Source: Cyanobacteria bacterium auto_48_18
Lineage (GTDB): Bacteria > Cyanobacteriota > Vampirovibrionia > Obscuribacterales > Obscuribacteraceae
Direction: 5' to 3'
Length of the DNA: 64,000 bases
Assembly: GCA_036170915.1 (NCBI GenBank)
Contig: JAVHQC010000036.1
Location: forward strand, 1-64,000
The notes below the pieces were generated by a model that worked only from the letters and a program-made list of their open reading frames with translations, did no database searches and was not told the origin of the DNA. Both the position numbers and the translations under genes were made by a program. Position 1 is the first letter of the stretch; each line of letters begins with the position of its first letter. Below, in pieces: positions 48,662 to 58,944 of the stretch.

Positions 48662-49594
48662 TCAGGCGTTGGGAGGCAGCGACAAAGACCATTCATTGTT
48701 GCCGTCCTGGCTGTTTTGTTTAAAGTAGAGGAAGTAGCGCACGATTTTTTCTTTGCTTTTGGCTTTGGCTGTCTGACTCTGAGTCTTGCCTTTGCCCTGC
48801 ACTTCCACCATTACCGGATCGCTTTGAACGTCGACTTCATTACTCACCAGCAGCGGCTTTTTATCTTCCCTATAGAGCTTAACTCTGTCCCCCTCGATCT
48901 TAAAACTAAGACCAGCAGTATCAAGTGGCTCTAATTTGATTGCAGGATTGCGCAAAACTGAAGCCTCGCGCACCAGAATTTTGTCAAAGAAACTGGCGCT
49001 CTCAGGGCAGAGCTTGCGCTCGTCATCGAGGGAATCTTTGTAGATTGCCTTTAATTTGTCTCCCTTATGTTCATTGAGCGCATTCCAGTAATTTTGAAAT
49101 TCTCGCTCGATGGCCTTCTTGTCATCATCACTCAAGCTTTCAATTTTGCTAGTAGCCTGATCCGAAGGCAAACTAAAGGAAATTTTCTGCGTCGTCATGG
49201 CTCGTGATAATTGGTCTGCCGGCAATACCAGTTTGGCCAACTCTTCTTTTTTAGGCCCTGCGGTGCGTTTTTCCACCAGCAAATTCATGGGCGTTTTGGT
49301 ATCGCTGATGTATTCCACAGCAAGTTCATTCAGTCCAGGACGAACAAAACCCGAAATATTGACCGGTAACGTCAGTGTAATAATTGGCGCGGTTAGTATG
49401 CCTGCGCCGTTAATAGTGGCTTGTTTGACTGGCATAGCACGACCATTGAAAGTAAGAAAATAACCAGTCAATTCGCGCTTTTCTGCAGCACTGATTTCGG
49501 TAGATTTAGCAACTTGGGCTATGGCCGGCGCTTGAAATCCCAACCAGAGTAGATTGAGGCAAACAATTGGAGCTATTGCAGCTTTTGCAAACAT
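48662..49594 (-). CDS. Hypothetical secreted protein
   Basis: 310-aa ORF with signal peptide ending PAIA. Confidence 0.65.
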   Translation of the reverse strand: MFAKAAIAPIVCLNLLWLGFQAPAIAQVAKSTEISAAEKRELTGYFLTFNGRAMPVKQATINGAGILTAPIITLTLPVNISGFVRPGLNELAVEYISDTKTPMNLLVEKRTAGPKKEELAKLVLPADQLSRAMTTQKISFSLPSDQATSKIESLSDDDKKAIEREFQNYWNALNEHKGDKLKAIYKDSLDDERKLCPESASFFDKILVREASVLRNPAIKLEPLDTAGLSFKIEGDRVKLYREDKKPLLVSNEVDVQSDPVMVEVQGKGKTQSQTAKAKSKEKIVRYFLYFKQNSQDGNNEWSLSLPPNA

Positions 49595-49749
49595 AATTGA
49601 TCCTGACTCACTTAATGACGAATTAGCACTAACGGCGCCAATTTTAGCATCTCCAATTTGCCAAATTAACGCTGTTCTAGACCTGAGTTGAGTGCCTTAT
49701 CGGAACAGTGAGGTGATACTGCCGTCCTTAATTTATACTAAGAGCGTTT

Positions 49750-50802
49750 TTGAGAGTTGCTTTGCAAAAAAATCGTCTACTCACATTACCAGAACTTACC
49801 ACTACAGCTCTCGTGCCTCTGGCGCTGATCATGGCTTTAGTTGTGGTTGGAAGCCCAGCTGCGCAGGCTGATGCACCTCTTTTGGCACCACCAATAGGTC
49901 AAGCGCACGCCAAGCAGTCTTTGCAGGCCTTGCAGGGAAATGTCACTTCGGTAGACGCAGCTCAAGATATGGCCGGCCAAACCAGAGTAAATCTCAATGC
50001 CGCCCACGCCATTGCTAACTTTATTGATTTACCGCCGGTTACAGGAAAAGCACAGAGCGCAAGGGTAGATCCGTTGGTCTTCAGAGCGTGGCTGTCGAAG
50101 GCTCATCCTGACTTTGTCCTGAGCGGTTCAGCCAGCGATGCAAGCGCTGTGGTAGAAGTGGCTGGACAGTGGGATAAAGCTGACAAAACGCTTTCAAAAT
50201 TACAAATTCCTTACCAGCATGTTAAAGCCGGTCAACTTACGCCTGAAATGCTTGCTGGTACGAAGGTTCTCATTATTAACTGTGCAGGACAAATAAAAAG
50301 AGACAGGCTGCAGACGGTACGTGATTTTGTCAAAAACGGTGGTTACTTGCTAACTACTGACTGGGCTTTAGACAACATGGTGGCGCAAACTTTTCCCGGT
50401 TATATCAGCTGGAACAAAGGTGTAAATAAAAAAGACATTTATGATGCTGAATATCTCTCACCAGACCCGGTGCTTGCCATTAACACAGTACGTAGCGCCT
50501 TTTGGAAACTTGATGCGGCATCGCATCTGATACGCATTCTTAAACCGGATGCGGTGCGCGTGTTAATAACAAGTCGGCAGTTAGCAGGAGAAGATCCAGA
50601 CAAAGCAGGTGTACTTGCTGTAATCTTTCCCTTTGGTCGCGGTTACGTTTTGCATATGGTTGGACATTTTGATAACAATGCCAAAATAGCAGTGGGCAAT
50701 TTCTTGCCTGATTCATCACCGGCAATCGGTATCAGTCTCAGGCAGGCGATAGCTACAAACTTCATTGTTGCAGGAATGACAGGAAAAAGGCTGCCTTATT
50801 GA
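49750..50802 (+). CDS. Hypothetical secreted protein with class I glutamine-amidotransferase-like fold
   Basis: Signal peptide; VLIINC and VRDFVKNGGYLLTTDW motifs. Confidence 0.55.
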   Translation: MRVALQKNRLLTLPELTTTALVPLALIMALVVVGSPAAQADAPLLAPPIGQAHAKQSLQALQGNVTSVDAAQDMAGQTRVNLNAAHAIANFIDLPPVTGKAQSARVDPLVFRAWLSKAHPDFVLSGSASDASAVVEVAGQWDKADKTLSKLQIPYQHVKAGQLTPEMLAGTKVLIINCAGQIKRDRLQTVRDFVKNGGYLLTTDWALDNMVAQTFPGYISWNKGVNKKDIYDAEYLSPDPVLAINTVRSAFWKLDAASHLIRILKPDAVRVLITSRQLAGEDPDKAGVLAVIFPFGRGYVLHMVGHFDNNAKIAVGNFLPDSSPAIGISLRQAIATNFIVAGMTGKRLPY

Positions 50803-52103
50803 TGTCCACTATTCTATTTGAAGTTGTGATCATTTTTCTTCTGATAATTTTAAACGGCGCTCTCGCCATGTCAGAGATTGCCATTATCTCGGCAAGAAAG
50901 ACTAAACTGCAACATTGGGCTGAGAACGGCGATCTGGGCGCGCGCACCGCACTCAAAATTGCAGCCTCACCAAACGATTTTCTCTCCACTATTCAAATTG
51001 GCATCACCACTATTGGTATTTTTGCTGGTGCCTATGGTGGCGCTAATATAACAGATGAATTAACTCTGCTGTTTAAGCCATACCCAGAGCTGGAGAGGCA
51101 TGCGGCAGGCCTGTCTATTGCTGTTGTTGTAGTTACCACTACATATTTTTCATTGATTTTAGGCGAGTTAGTTCCAAAGCGTCTAGCATTGCACGCACCA
51201 GAATTGGTGGCAAAATATGTGGCAAAACCCATGAGCGTGCTTTCAAGCTTTGCCAGGCCTCTGGTGCATTTACTGAGCGGTTCTACCAACTTAATTTTAA
51301 AGGCAATGGGAATTAAAGAATATAGCGAGACTCCGGTCAGTCAGGCTGAAATTCATGTGATGATTGAACAGGCTGCTGAAGCCGGTATCGTCGAAGAAGC
51401 GGAGCAGGAAATGGTGGCGGAAGTGCTTCGCCTCAGCGACCGCAAAGTTACAGCACTGATGACGCCACGCCCTGATATCACCTGGCTTGACGGTAATCAA
51501 AGTCTTGAAGCAGTATTGAAAGAAGTTGCCGAAGCTACCCATTCAAAATTTTTAGTATGTGACGGTACCGTTGACGAAGTCTTGGGCGTGGTAGAAACTA
51601 AAACCATTCTGCTCACCGCCCTCGACCAAAAACATTTGTTAGTGCGCGATTTGGTGGTGCAGCCGCTTTACGTGCCGCAAAACACTAACGCCTTACAGCT
51701 GCTTGAGCGTTTTCGCGACGCCCAACAGCAGATTGCTCTGGTCTTAGACGAGTACGGTGGTTTGCAAGGTCTGGTGACCAGTGATGATATTTTTCACGCC
51801 ATCGTAGGCGAATTACCTGGCCATGGAGATATTCCTAAATGGAACACAATAGAGCTCTCAGCCGGAGTTTGGTTACTTGATGGTCACATGCCCATAGAAG
51901 AATTTTTGGATCGCTTCGAACTGCAACGAGACCTTGATGATGGTGGCACATACCAGACATTGGCCGGATTCATCATTGCTCGAATGAAAAAAATTCCAGC
52001 AGTAGGTGAGCGTTTTGATTGGCATGAGCTAACGTTTGAAGTGATAGAACTAGATCGTCAGCGCATCGACAAAATTAAGGTGTATAAAGCCGTTAGCAGC
52101 TAA
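50799..52103 (+). CDS. HlyC/CorC family protein (CNNM + 2 CBS + CorC)
   Basis: SEIAIISAR, FLSTIQIGIT, GELVPK, MTPR, DEYGG and YQTLAG motifs. Confidence 0.92.
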   Translation: MMSTILFEVVIIFLLIILNGALAMSEIAIISARKTKLQHWAENGDLGARTALKIAASPNDFLSTIQIGITTIGIFAGAYGGANITDELTLLFKPYPELERHAAGLSIAVVVVTTTYFSLILGELVPKRLALHAPELVAKYVAKPMSVLSSFARPLVHLLSGSTNLILKAMGIKEYSETPVSQAEIHVMIEQAAEAGIVEEAEQEMVAEVLRLSDRKVTALMTPRPDITWLDGNQSLEAVLKEVAEATHSKFLVCDGTVDEVLGVVETKTILLTALDQKHLLVRDLVVQPLYVPQNTNALQLLERFRDAQQQIALVLDEYGGLQGLVTSDDIFHAIVGELPGHGDIPKWNTIELSAGVWLLDGHMPIEEFLDRFELQRDLDDGGTYQTLAGFIIARMKKIPAVGERFDWHELTFEVIELDRQRIDKIKVYKAVSS

Positions 52104-52104
52104 T

Positions 52105-52797
52105 TTAGGACTTAACGTTCGCGTAATCACTTAAGAGTAGAAATTTGGTATCTGCATCCTCTTCAATGGTGCGGGGCGGGCAACCGTGAATGAAACAGTT
52201 GTCTACCGCATCATCGTTAAGCGAGCTGACTTCCCCTACCAGCACAGCATTATCTCTGGCGCAACCACAAAATTGATGGCAAAGCATGGGTGGAATGCTG
52301 ACACTTTCGCCTGGTTCGAGAATGAGCTTTTCGCCCACATTTAATTTTCTTGAAATGCCGTCAACTTCAACTATTACCGGCCTGTCAGCCAGGCTCTTCT
52401 CGTCTTTGGCGGCCCAACCCAGTTCAACCTCTAATCTACCGCCACCACGATTGAGCAAATCTTCAGTTTTTTTCCAATGAAAGTGCCATGGCGTCACCTG
52501 GCCTGGTCGCACCATCATTGCTTTTTCCGCATAGGTTTTACTGGTCTGCGGTTTGTCATTTAATAGCAAGCCGTTTCGAATGATAAAGAGCAAGAGCCCA
52601 CGCTCAGCAAACCGATTTGAGCCAAAATCGGTGACGTTCCAACCTAAACCATGGGTGCGTACTTCGTCGGCTTCAGAGCCAACCTGGCGCCACTGGTCGG
52701 AGGTCCAGGTAGACCATTTCGGCAGTTTAAAGCTATGTTTGTCAAAGAAATCGATTGCTTCTTCGATAATTTTATTGATCTCACTTCTTTTCATCAC
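52105..52797 (-). CDS. D-lyxose/D-mannose family sugar isomerase
   Basis: MKRSEIN, GWNVTDFG, YAEK, PWHFHWKKTED and GEVSSLNDDAVDN motifs. Confidence 0.9.
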   Translation of the reverse strand: MMKRSEINKIIEEAIDFFDKHSFKLPKWSTWTSDQWRQVGSEADEVRTHGLGWNVTDFGSNRFAERGLLLFIIRNGLLLNDKPQTSKTYAEKAMMVRPGQVTPWHFHWKKTEDLLNRGGGRLEVELGWAAKDEKSLADRPVIVEVDGISRKLNVGEKLILEPGESVSIPPMLCHQFCGCARDNAVLVGEVSSLNDDAVDNCFIHGCPPRTIEEDADTKFLLLSDYANVKS

Positions 52798-52846
52798 CTG
52801 ATTATAAGGCTTTGACAGCCTGGTTCTACAACTAGCAATTTAAAAT

Positions 52847-53755
52847 ATGCGATTACGAGCTCTTGAATTTTTCTCCGGTATTGGCGCCTTTGCACAGGCG
52901 GCTGCTGATCACAATATTGAAGTGCTTGCCGCTTACGATCAAAGCCAGTGGGCAAACTTGGCTTATGAGAAAAATTATGGTGTCAAACCGATATCACGCA
53001 ATCTCGATAATATCGCTGTGGCATCACTTCCAGAAGCTGATATCTGGTGGTTGTCACCCCCGTGCACGCCCTACACAAGGCGTGGTCTGCAGCGTGACAT
53101 AGCGGACCAGCGTGCTAAGTCTTTATTGCATTTGATTAGTTGCATGCTTGCAAAAAGACCACCTGTAATCATCGTTGAAAATGTTGAAGCTTTCCTTCAA
53201 TCAAAAATGCGCAGTATTTTAGAAGATGCACTGGTGGAAGCAGGCTATTACTTCAGTGTCATTCATCTAGACTCAAGAATGTTTGGCGTACCAGTGGCCA
53301 GGCCGAGAGTGTTTGTAGTAGCTACCCTCAAGCCTCACGCATTGAGTGCACCTCCCATAGTCGCCACTCAATCTCTAAGTGACATCATTTCAACAAGCAA
53401 GGACAGTGCATACGATCTATTTCTTGATCAAAATGTAGTAAGCAGATATGAAAAGGTTTTGAATGTTGTAGCTGCCGAAGCTTTGAATGATTCCGGCACC
53501 ACCTTGATCTGTTTCACCAGTGGATACTATCAATGTCGCAAAGCCAGCGGCTCCCTGCTTCGCTTATCGAATGGGCTCACGAGATACTTCTCTCCTGCTG
53601 AGATTTTGGCCTTGTTGGGCTTCGACTCAAGTTATAGTTTGCCCGATCATTTTAGCTTGCCTATCTGCTATCGTCTTGTAGGCAACAGCGTTGATGTACG
53701 AGCAATCAGCTATTTGCTCGATAATTTAGTGGGGGCAGATGAGACGCGAGCCTGA
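52847..53755 (+). CDS. C5-cytosine methyltransferase of the Dnmt2/TRDMT1 type
   Basis: FSGIG, SPPC, ENV and RxR motifs, plus Dnmt2-type CFTSGY, RYFSPAEI..LLGF and YRLVGNSV. Confidence 0.75.
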   Translation: MRLRALEFFSGIGAFAQAAADHNIEVLAAYDQSQWANLAYEKNYGVKPISRNLDNIAVASLPEADIWWLSPPCTPYTRRGLQRDIADQRAKSLLHLISCMLAKRPPVIIVENVEAFLQSKMRSILEDALVEAGYYFSVIHLDSRMFGVPVARPRVFVVATLKPHALSAPPIVATQSLSDIISTSKDSAYDLFLDQNVVSRYEKVLNVVAAEALNDSGTTLICFTSGYYQCRKASGSLLRLSNGLTRYFSPAEILALLGFDSSYSLPDHFSLPICYRLVGNSVDVRAISYLLDNLVGADETRA

Positions 53756-54386
53756 TAGAAAACGCAATAGTTTTGAGCCGCGGCGCCCGAGACAATTTTT
53801 CCCTCATGTCGACCGTTCGTATATTGCATTCTACAAACCCTATGAAGTGCTTAATCAATTCACTGCTGATGGTAGCGATAAGCAGACTCTAGCACCATTT
53901 GGTTTTCCAAAAGACTGTTATCCGGTGGGTCGGCTCGATTATGATTCAGAAGGGCTTTTGATTTTAAGCAATGACGGGCGGCTCACCACTGCTCTGTTCG
54001 ACCAGTCTGACCCGCACCCGCGGACGTATCTAGTGCAAATCGAAAAAGAACCAACAAATGAGAGTTTAAAGCAGCTGGAAGATGGTCTCATGATCGAAGG
54101 CCGTCGCACTAAACCAGCAGAAGTTTATTTAATCGAAGGTGAGCCGGAATTACCTGAGCGATCGAAGCCGATTCGCTTTAGAAAGACCGTGCCGACATGT
54201 TGGCTCGAACTAACTCTTTGGGAAGGTCGCAATCGGCAGGTGAGAAAAATGACTGCCAGCATAGGTCACCCAACCTTGCGATTAGCTCGTGTAGCCATTG
54301 GTTCACTCAGCCTTTTCGAGCTTGGACTGAAGCCAGGTGAGTGGCGCGCTTTAACCGAAGCTGAGGTTTTGAAACTCTTTGCTTAA
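53739..54386 (+). CDS. rluE: rRNA pseudouridine synthase (RsuA/RluE family)
   Basis: FYKP, GRLDYDSEGL and EGRNRQVRKMTA..GHPTLRL motifs; no S4 domain. Confidence 0.8.
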   Translation: MRREPDRKRNSFEPRRPRQFFPHVDRSYIAFYKPYEVLNQFTADGSDKQTLAPFGFPKDCYPVGRLDYDSEGLLILSNDGRLTTALFDQSDPHPRTYLVQIEKEPTNESLKQLEDGLMIEGRRTKPAEVYLIEGEPELPERSKPIRFRKTVPTCWLELTLWEGRNRQVRKMTASIGHPTLRLARVAIGSLSLFELGLKPGEWRALTEAEVLKLFA

Positions 54387-54422
54387 GGTATAAAGAAAGT
54401 CTAGATTGAGCCGCACGAGCGC

Positions 54423-56984
54423 TTGCTTATGTCAAATCGAGACAACGACTTTCACAAAAAGCGTGAGCAAGGCGAGCATAATTCGTCTCAAGAAAGCTTG
54501 ACTCTCAATATCAAAAATAGTTTTGAGAAAGCAGCGCACCAGGTTAGCGATGTACTAGGTCAGGCACAAAACGAAATCATTTTGCGGGTAACGGGCGCGC
54601 CTGTAGCAACACAATATGTAGCCAGCATTTCACCGGCTCTTGCCTCGCAGTACGCGCGCGGTCGTGAGATAGTCTTGGCCAGAGAAAGCAATGGAAAATC
54701 CACTGTTGATTTAACAGATCTCAATGCCACGCAGCGTAAGGCGGTTGAAACATACCAGAGGCTGCATAGCGATTTGCCGTCAAAAATACCTTTTTACAAC
54801 AAAGAAATTTTAGCCCGCGATCTTGATCGCGACATTGTACGCAAAGCCTCATCGCAAAACGTCTCAGTTAAAACTGACACGGCGGCACCACCAGGCGCTA
54901 GCGAAAAAGTAAGCAGTACACATGCCGCTGTAGCAAAGGCTAAATTTGTACCTGAATCAGCTACCGAGAAAAGTCATAGCCAGCTGGCTAGCCATTCAAA
55001 TAACGGCCAACACGCACAAGCGACCAAAAACGATAAACATTTGGACAGTGTGCGACCAGCTTCGCCAGTACCAACTATTCAAAGCGAAACCAGAATTGCC
55101 AGTAAAGCTGCTAGTAAAACTAATAGTGGTATTGAAAGAAATGACAATGCTAGCCGCAGCACTGAACCAGTGAAATCTTCGGCTAAAGCTGCAGACACGA
55201 TCCCAGCAATAAATGTGCCCAAGGAAAATCTAGTCAAGGCCAGAGACTTGAGTGCGCCTGGCAATGCTTTGATATCGGCTTTAGAGTCAAAACCAGTGGA
55301 AAGACTGGCTAAAAACAGTAGCATTAACAGTTTTAGTTTGAGTTCTAGTTTGGTACAGACAAGTGAAAGTCCAGCTGTTGAACAAAGACGCCCGGAGCAA
55401 ATTGCCGGCAAAACAATTTCTATTAACACAAACAACGAGCAGCCCTATGAGCAGCCTGCTAAAAGTGCGAAGGGCATTGAGCTCACTAAACAGGAAAAAT
55501 TGAGGGCAATGGAAGCACCATATAAGGTGCTCAATATTGACAGCGAAAAATTGGCTAATATCACTGCGAAGATTGCAGATCCATCGCCAAGGGAGGCAAA
55601 AGATCCAAAAGTTCCAAATGAACCAACAGATCCAAAAGAAGTTAAAGATATAACCAGCCCAAATAAGCCGCAATTTGCTACCGCTGATAAAAACGATGCG
55701 CTGCCACCAATTGATTGTGCCGACCGCGGCTTCTCAGCCCCTGAGGTGGGCAAGCGAGATTTGAATTTGCGTCCAATATTGGCCAGCCAATCAAAAATCA
55801 TTGATGCTATCGAGCTAGAATCTGTGAAAGTGCGCCGCACTATCGATCAGGATTTAAGAGCGACTACTGCATGTATCAAAGTAAGATTGCAACCGGAGCT
55901 AGCCAGTTTCCTGCGCACTCAAAGCCTGCAAAGCCGAGATTCAGTAGTTGAGGCGGTAGAAAAAGAGAAAGCGACAAAGACAATAGAAAATGTAAAGGCA
56001 ATAATTGAGCAGAAAGAATTTAGAAGGTCATTAACTGATAAGAGCGGAGATTTCTCAAAGTCGGCGACGACAAGCAATCCCCGCGCATCTACTAAAGCTG
56101 AGAGCGCGCACAAATCAAGTGCAGAGAGTAAATCAAAAGCAGATAAAAACGCTGGCAAAACTTACGTTGCGGTGGTTCGGTTTGACCATAACCACGGCTT
56201 CAAAGCCATCGACAGACAACACCACAAAGCGGATGGACTGCCGCTGAAACCCGGCTCGGCTGCCAATCAACTTATTGGTGACAACACAATAAAAGCAGCA
56301 GGCGAGACAAAAGTTTCAAGCCGAGAATATAAATTTACCTGCAGCGATAAAAATCAAAAATATCTTAGTGGGCCAGAAATCGCCCTGGCCGCCATTATTG
56401 CACTAGCTGGTACAGCCAAGCTGCGCCCTGAAGCCAGCGCTTTGCAAAATGAATCAGTGGCCGTAATTCAGAATTACAATCTCGATTTTATAGGCGACGA
56501 GCCAAACTTGTCAGACTGCAAAATCAAGACTCAGGGAAAACATGGTGCATCAACTGATGCGACAGAGCCGAATAAGGGCACTAAATCTGAGAAAACCGCG
56601 GTGCTTATGCGGCCGAAAGTTTTAATTGGTGCAGACGATACACTGGTTGATATTGCCGAACAACTATTCAATGATGCTGGTATCGGCTGGCTTATTCTCA
56701 ACATCAACGACGACCTCGAATCTTTGGTTCTTGAAGGAAAAACCATAGTTAGATTGCGCAGCCGGCAAGAAATTTTCATTCCGGTCTATCAAGACATTAT
56801 TGATTTTCAGAAAGTACGCACAAAAGAGATGACTGGTCAGAATTTGATTACCATTGTGGAAGAAAATCAGATCGATCGCGAAATTTTAAACATAATCATG
56901 GCACCGCTGGCAGGTGCGAGCGAAAATAGTGATCCGCTGCAGAATTGGCAAATTGCATTGCCACAGAGTCGCGAACGCGAATAA
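54423..56984 (+). CDS. Large low-complexity protein with C-terminal LysM-like module
   Basis: 853-aa ORF with a disordered S/K/A-rich middle; C-terminal RPKVLIGADDTLVDIAEQLFNDAGIGWLILNIN resembles LysM. Confidence 0.55.
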   Translation: MLMSNRDNDFHKKREQGEHNSSQESLTLNIKNSFEKAAHQVSDVLGQAQNEIILRVTGAPVATQYVASISPALASQYARGREIVLARESNGKSTVDLTDLNATQRKAVETYQRLHSDLPSKIPFYNKEILARDLDRDIVRKASSQNVSVKTDTAAPPGASEKVSSTHAAVAKAKFVPESATEKSHSQLASHSNNGQHAQATKNDKHLDSVRPASPVPTIQSETRIASKAASKTNSGIERNDNASRSTEPVKSSAKAADTIPAINVPKENLVKARDLSAPGNALISALESKPVERLAKNSSINSFSLSSSLVQTSESPAVEQRRPEQIAGKTISINTNNEQPYEQPAKSAKGIELTKQEKLRAMEAPYKVLNIDSEKLANITAKIADPSPREAKDPKVPNEPTDPKEVKDITSPNKPQFATADKNDALPPIDCADRGFSAPEVGKRDLNLRPILASQSKIIDAIELESVKVRRTIDQDLRATTACIKVRLQPELASFLRTQSLQSRDSVVEAVEKEKATKTIENVKAIIEQKEFRRSLTDKSGDFSKSATTSNPRASTKAESAHKSSAESKSKADKNAGKTYVAVVRFDHNHGFKAIDRQHHKADGLPLKPGSAANQLIGDNTIKAAGETKVSSREYKFTCSDKNQKYLSGPEIALAAIIALAGTAKLRPEASALQNESVAVIQNYNLDFIGDEPNLSDCKIKTQGKHGASTDATEPNKGTKSEKTAVLMRPKVLIGADDTLVDIAEQLFNDAGIGWLILNINDDLESLVLEGKTIVRLRSRQEIFIPVYQDIIDFQKVRTKEMTGQNLITIVEENQIDREILNIIMAPLAGASENSDPLQNWQIALPQSRERE

Positions 56985-57122
56985 GATTAAACATGCCTGA
57001 GACTTCGCAGAGCTGGAACATTGACGTTCTGGCTGCTTTCGAGGTAAAACGTCTACGCTCTAGTTTCGCAAAGTGGAACCGGATGCATTCATAATTGGCG
57101 CGCGCAACAGGGAGCTCAGTCC

Positions 57123-58148
57123 ATGGAATTTAGACAGTTGGGCAATTCAGGGTTGAAAGTACCTGTATTAAGTTTTGGCACCGGAACATTCGGTGGCAAT
57201 AATGAGTTTTTCAAATCGTGGGGAGGATCGGATGTCAAAGAGGCAACAAGGCTTGTTGACCTTTGCCTCGATGCTGGAGTTAACTTTTTCGATACCGCAG
57301 ACATTTATTCAAATGGATTGGCTGAAGAAATTCTAGGCAAGGCCGTTGGCAAACGTCGCGACAAAGTTCTAATTTCTACCAAAGCAACATTCAGATTTGA
57401 CGAAGGTGAGAACAGCGTAGGCTCTTCCAGGCATCACTTGATTGCTTCTTGTGATGCCAGCTTGAAGCGCATGAACACAGACTACATCGATATTTACTTT
57501 ATGCATGGTTTTGATGCGTTAACGCCCATTGAAGAGACCATGAGTACTCTTGATGGGCTGGTTAAAAGCGGTAAGGTTCGCTATGTGGGCTGTTCGAATT
57601 TTTCAGGCTGGCACTTGATGAAGTCGCTAGCCATCTGCGAAAAATATGGTTGGGCTAAGCATATTTCGCATCAGGCCTACTACTCGCTAATCAGTCGTGA
57701 GTTTGAATGGGAACTTATGCCTTTAGGACTTGATCAAAAAATTGGCACTATGGTCTGGAGCCCACTTGGTTGGGGTCGGTTGACCGGAAAACTGAGACGG
57801 GGCGCTCCCCTGCCTGAAACCAGTCGTTTGCATAAAACGTCTGAGCAAGGACCACCTGTAGATGATGAACATCTGTATAGAGTTGTGGACGCACTAGATG
57901 TGGTGGCGGCAGAAACAGGAAAGTCTGTTGCTCAAATTGCTCTTAACTGGCTGTTGCAAAGGCCCACCGTAGACAACGTAGTTGTTGGCGCACGCAACGA
58001 AGAGCAACTGAAGCAGAATCTGGCTGCAGTGGGCTGGAATTTGACTGACAGCCAAATAGCAAAGCTCGATGCCGCCAGCGATATACAAACTATCTATCCT
58101 TACTGGCACCAGAGGCAGTTTCAGGAGAGAAATCCACTACCTGTTTGA
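57123..58148 (+). CDS. Aldo/keto reductase
   Basis: LGNSGLKV, DTADIYS, ISTK, DYIDIY..H, GCSN and WSPL motifs. Confidence 0.93.
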   Translation: MEFRQLGNSGLKVPVLSFGTGTFGGNNEFFKSWGGSDVKEATRLVDLCLDAGVNFFDTADIYSNGLAEEILGKAVGKRRDKVLISTKATFRFDEGENSVGSSRHHLIASCDASLKRMNTDYIDIYFMHGFDALTPIEETMSTLDGLVKSGKVRYVGCSNFSGWHLMKSLAICEKYGWAKHISHQAYYSLISREFEWELMPLGLDQKIGTMVWSPLGWGRLTGKLRRGAPLPETSRLHKTSEQGPPVDDEHLYRVVDALDVVAAETGKSVAQIALNWLLQRPTVDNVVVGARNEEQLKQNLAAVGWNLTDSQIAKLDAASDIQTIYPYWHQRQFQERNPLPV

Positions 58149-58161
58149 AAGGACAGATTGG

Positions 58162-58944
58162 TCATTCGTAACCAAACTCGCTGAATAACCAGTCTTTCTG
58201 TTCTTTGTTCTGGCTTTCCAGATCTTCGCGAGTTAAAAGTCCGCGCATAAAGGCTTCATAAATAAGCCTTGTGCGTGGATTATAAATTTCCAGCCCGGCA
58301 CTCTCTTTTAGATAGCTTTCTTCCCCTTTGAGCAATTTGTTCAACAAGTTTGAAAGGCGATTCTGAGCGCCGCGATATGAAATGTGCTCTTTTCTGGCGA
58401 TGGCCTTATCTGTTAGGCCAATAGCAATATCCATTAACGTCTCGTATTCAAGATCGCTTATAGCACTGGTTTTGTCGCGTAAACGGTGGCGAACCTCTTC
58501 GACTAGAGATGTGACGTACGGCAGATCATGAATGAGAATTTGCTCAATGGCGTCAGCTAACACAGAATCGTTTTCACTTTTTAGAATGTAGCCATGAATC
58601 GCTTCATCAGGCACTATCTTGCCGAGCTCGCGTATGTAGGCTTCATGGTGAAACTGTGACCAGAACAAAATCTTCAGCGATGGCTGCTCTTTCCAAATTT
58701 CGGCTGCAGCCTTGATGCCGTTAAGTTCTGGCATAGCAACATCCATGAGGACAAAGTCAGGTTTCATCAGCCTGGCTTGACGCACGGCCTCCAGCCCGTC
58801 GGACGCTTCTTCAATACCTGTAACAGAGAGACTATGTTTATCGGCAACCAGGGTGATCAAGGTTTTCCCATGCTGGCGCAAAGTAGGTAAGTCTTCTGCA
58901 ATGAGTATTGTGAGCGCTTTCTTTTTTGATAACTCAGACTGCAT
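58162..58944 (-). CDS. NarL/LuxR-type response regulator
   Basis: IAED, MDVAMP and GYILK receiver motifs; C-terminal GLTDKAIA HTH. Confidence 0.85.
   Translation of the reverse strand: MQSELSKKKALTILIAEDLPTLRQHGKTLITLVADKHSLSVTGIEEASDGLEAVRQARLMKPDFVLMDVAMPELNGIKAAAEIWKEQPSLKILFWSQFHHEAYIRELGKIVPDEAIHGYILKSENDSVLADAIEQILIHDLPYVTSLVEEVRHRLRDKTSAISDLEYETLMDIAIGLTDKAIARKEHISYRGAQNRLSNLLNKLLKGEESYLKESAGLEIYNPRTRLIYEAFMRGLLTREDLESQNKEQKDWLFSEFGYE

Noticed and set aside
52847..53755. Restriction-modification system
   Set aside because: No endonuclease or vsr gene is adjacent, and the motifs fit Dnmt2-type enzymes better.
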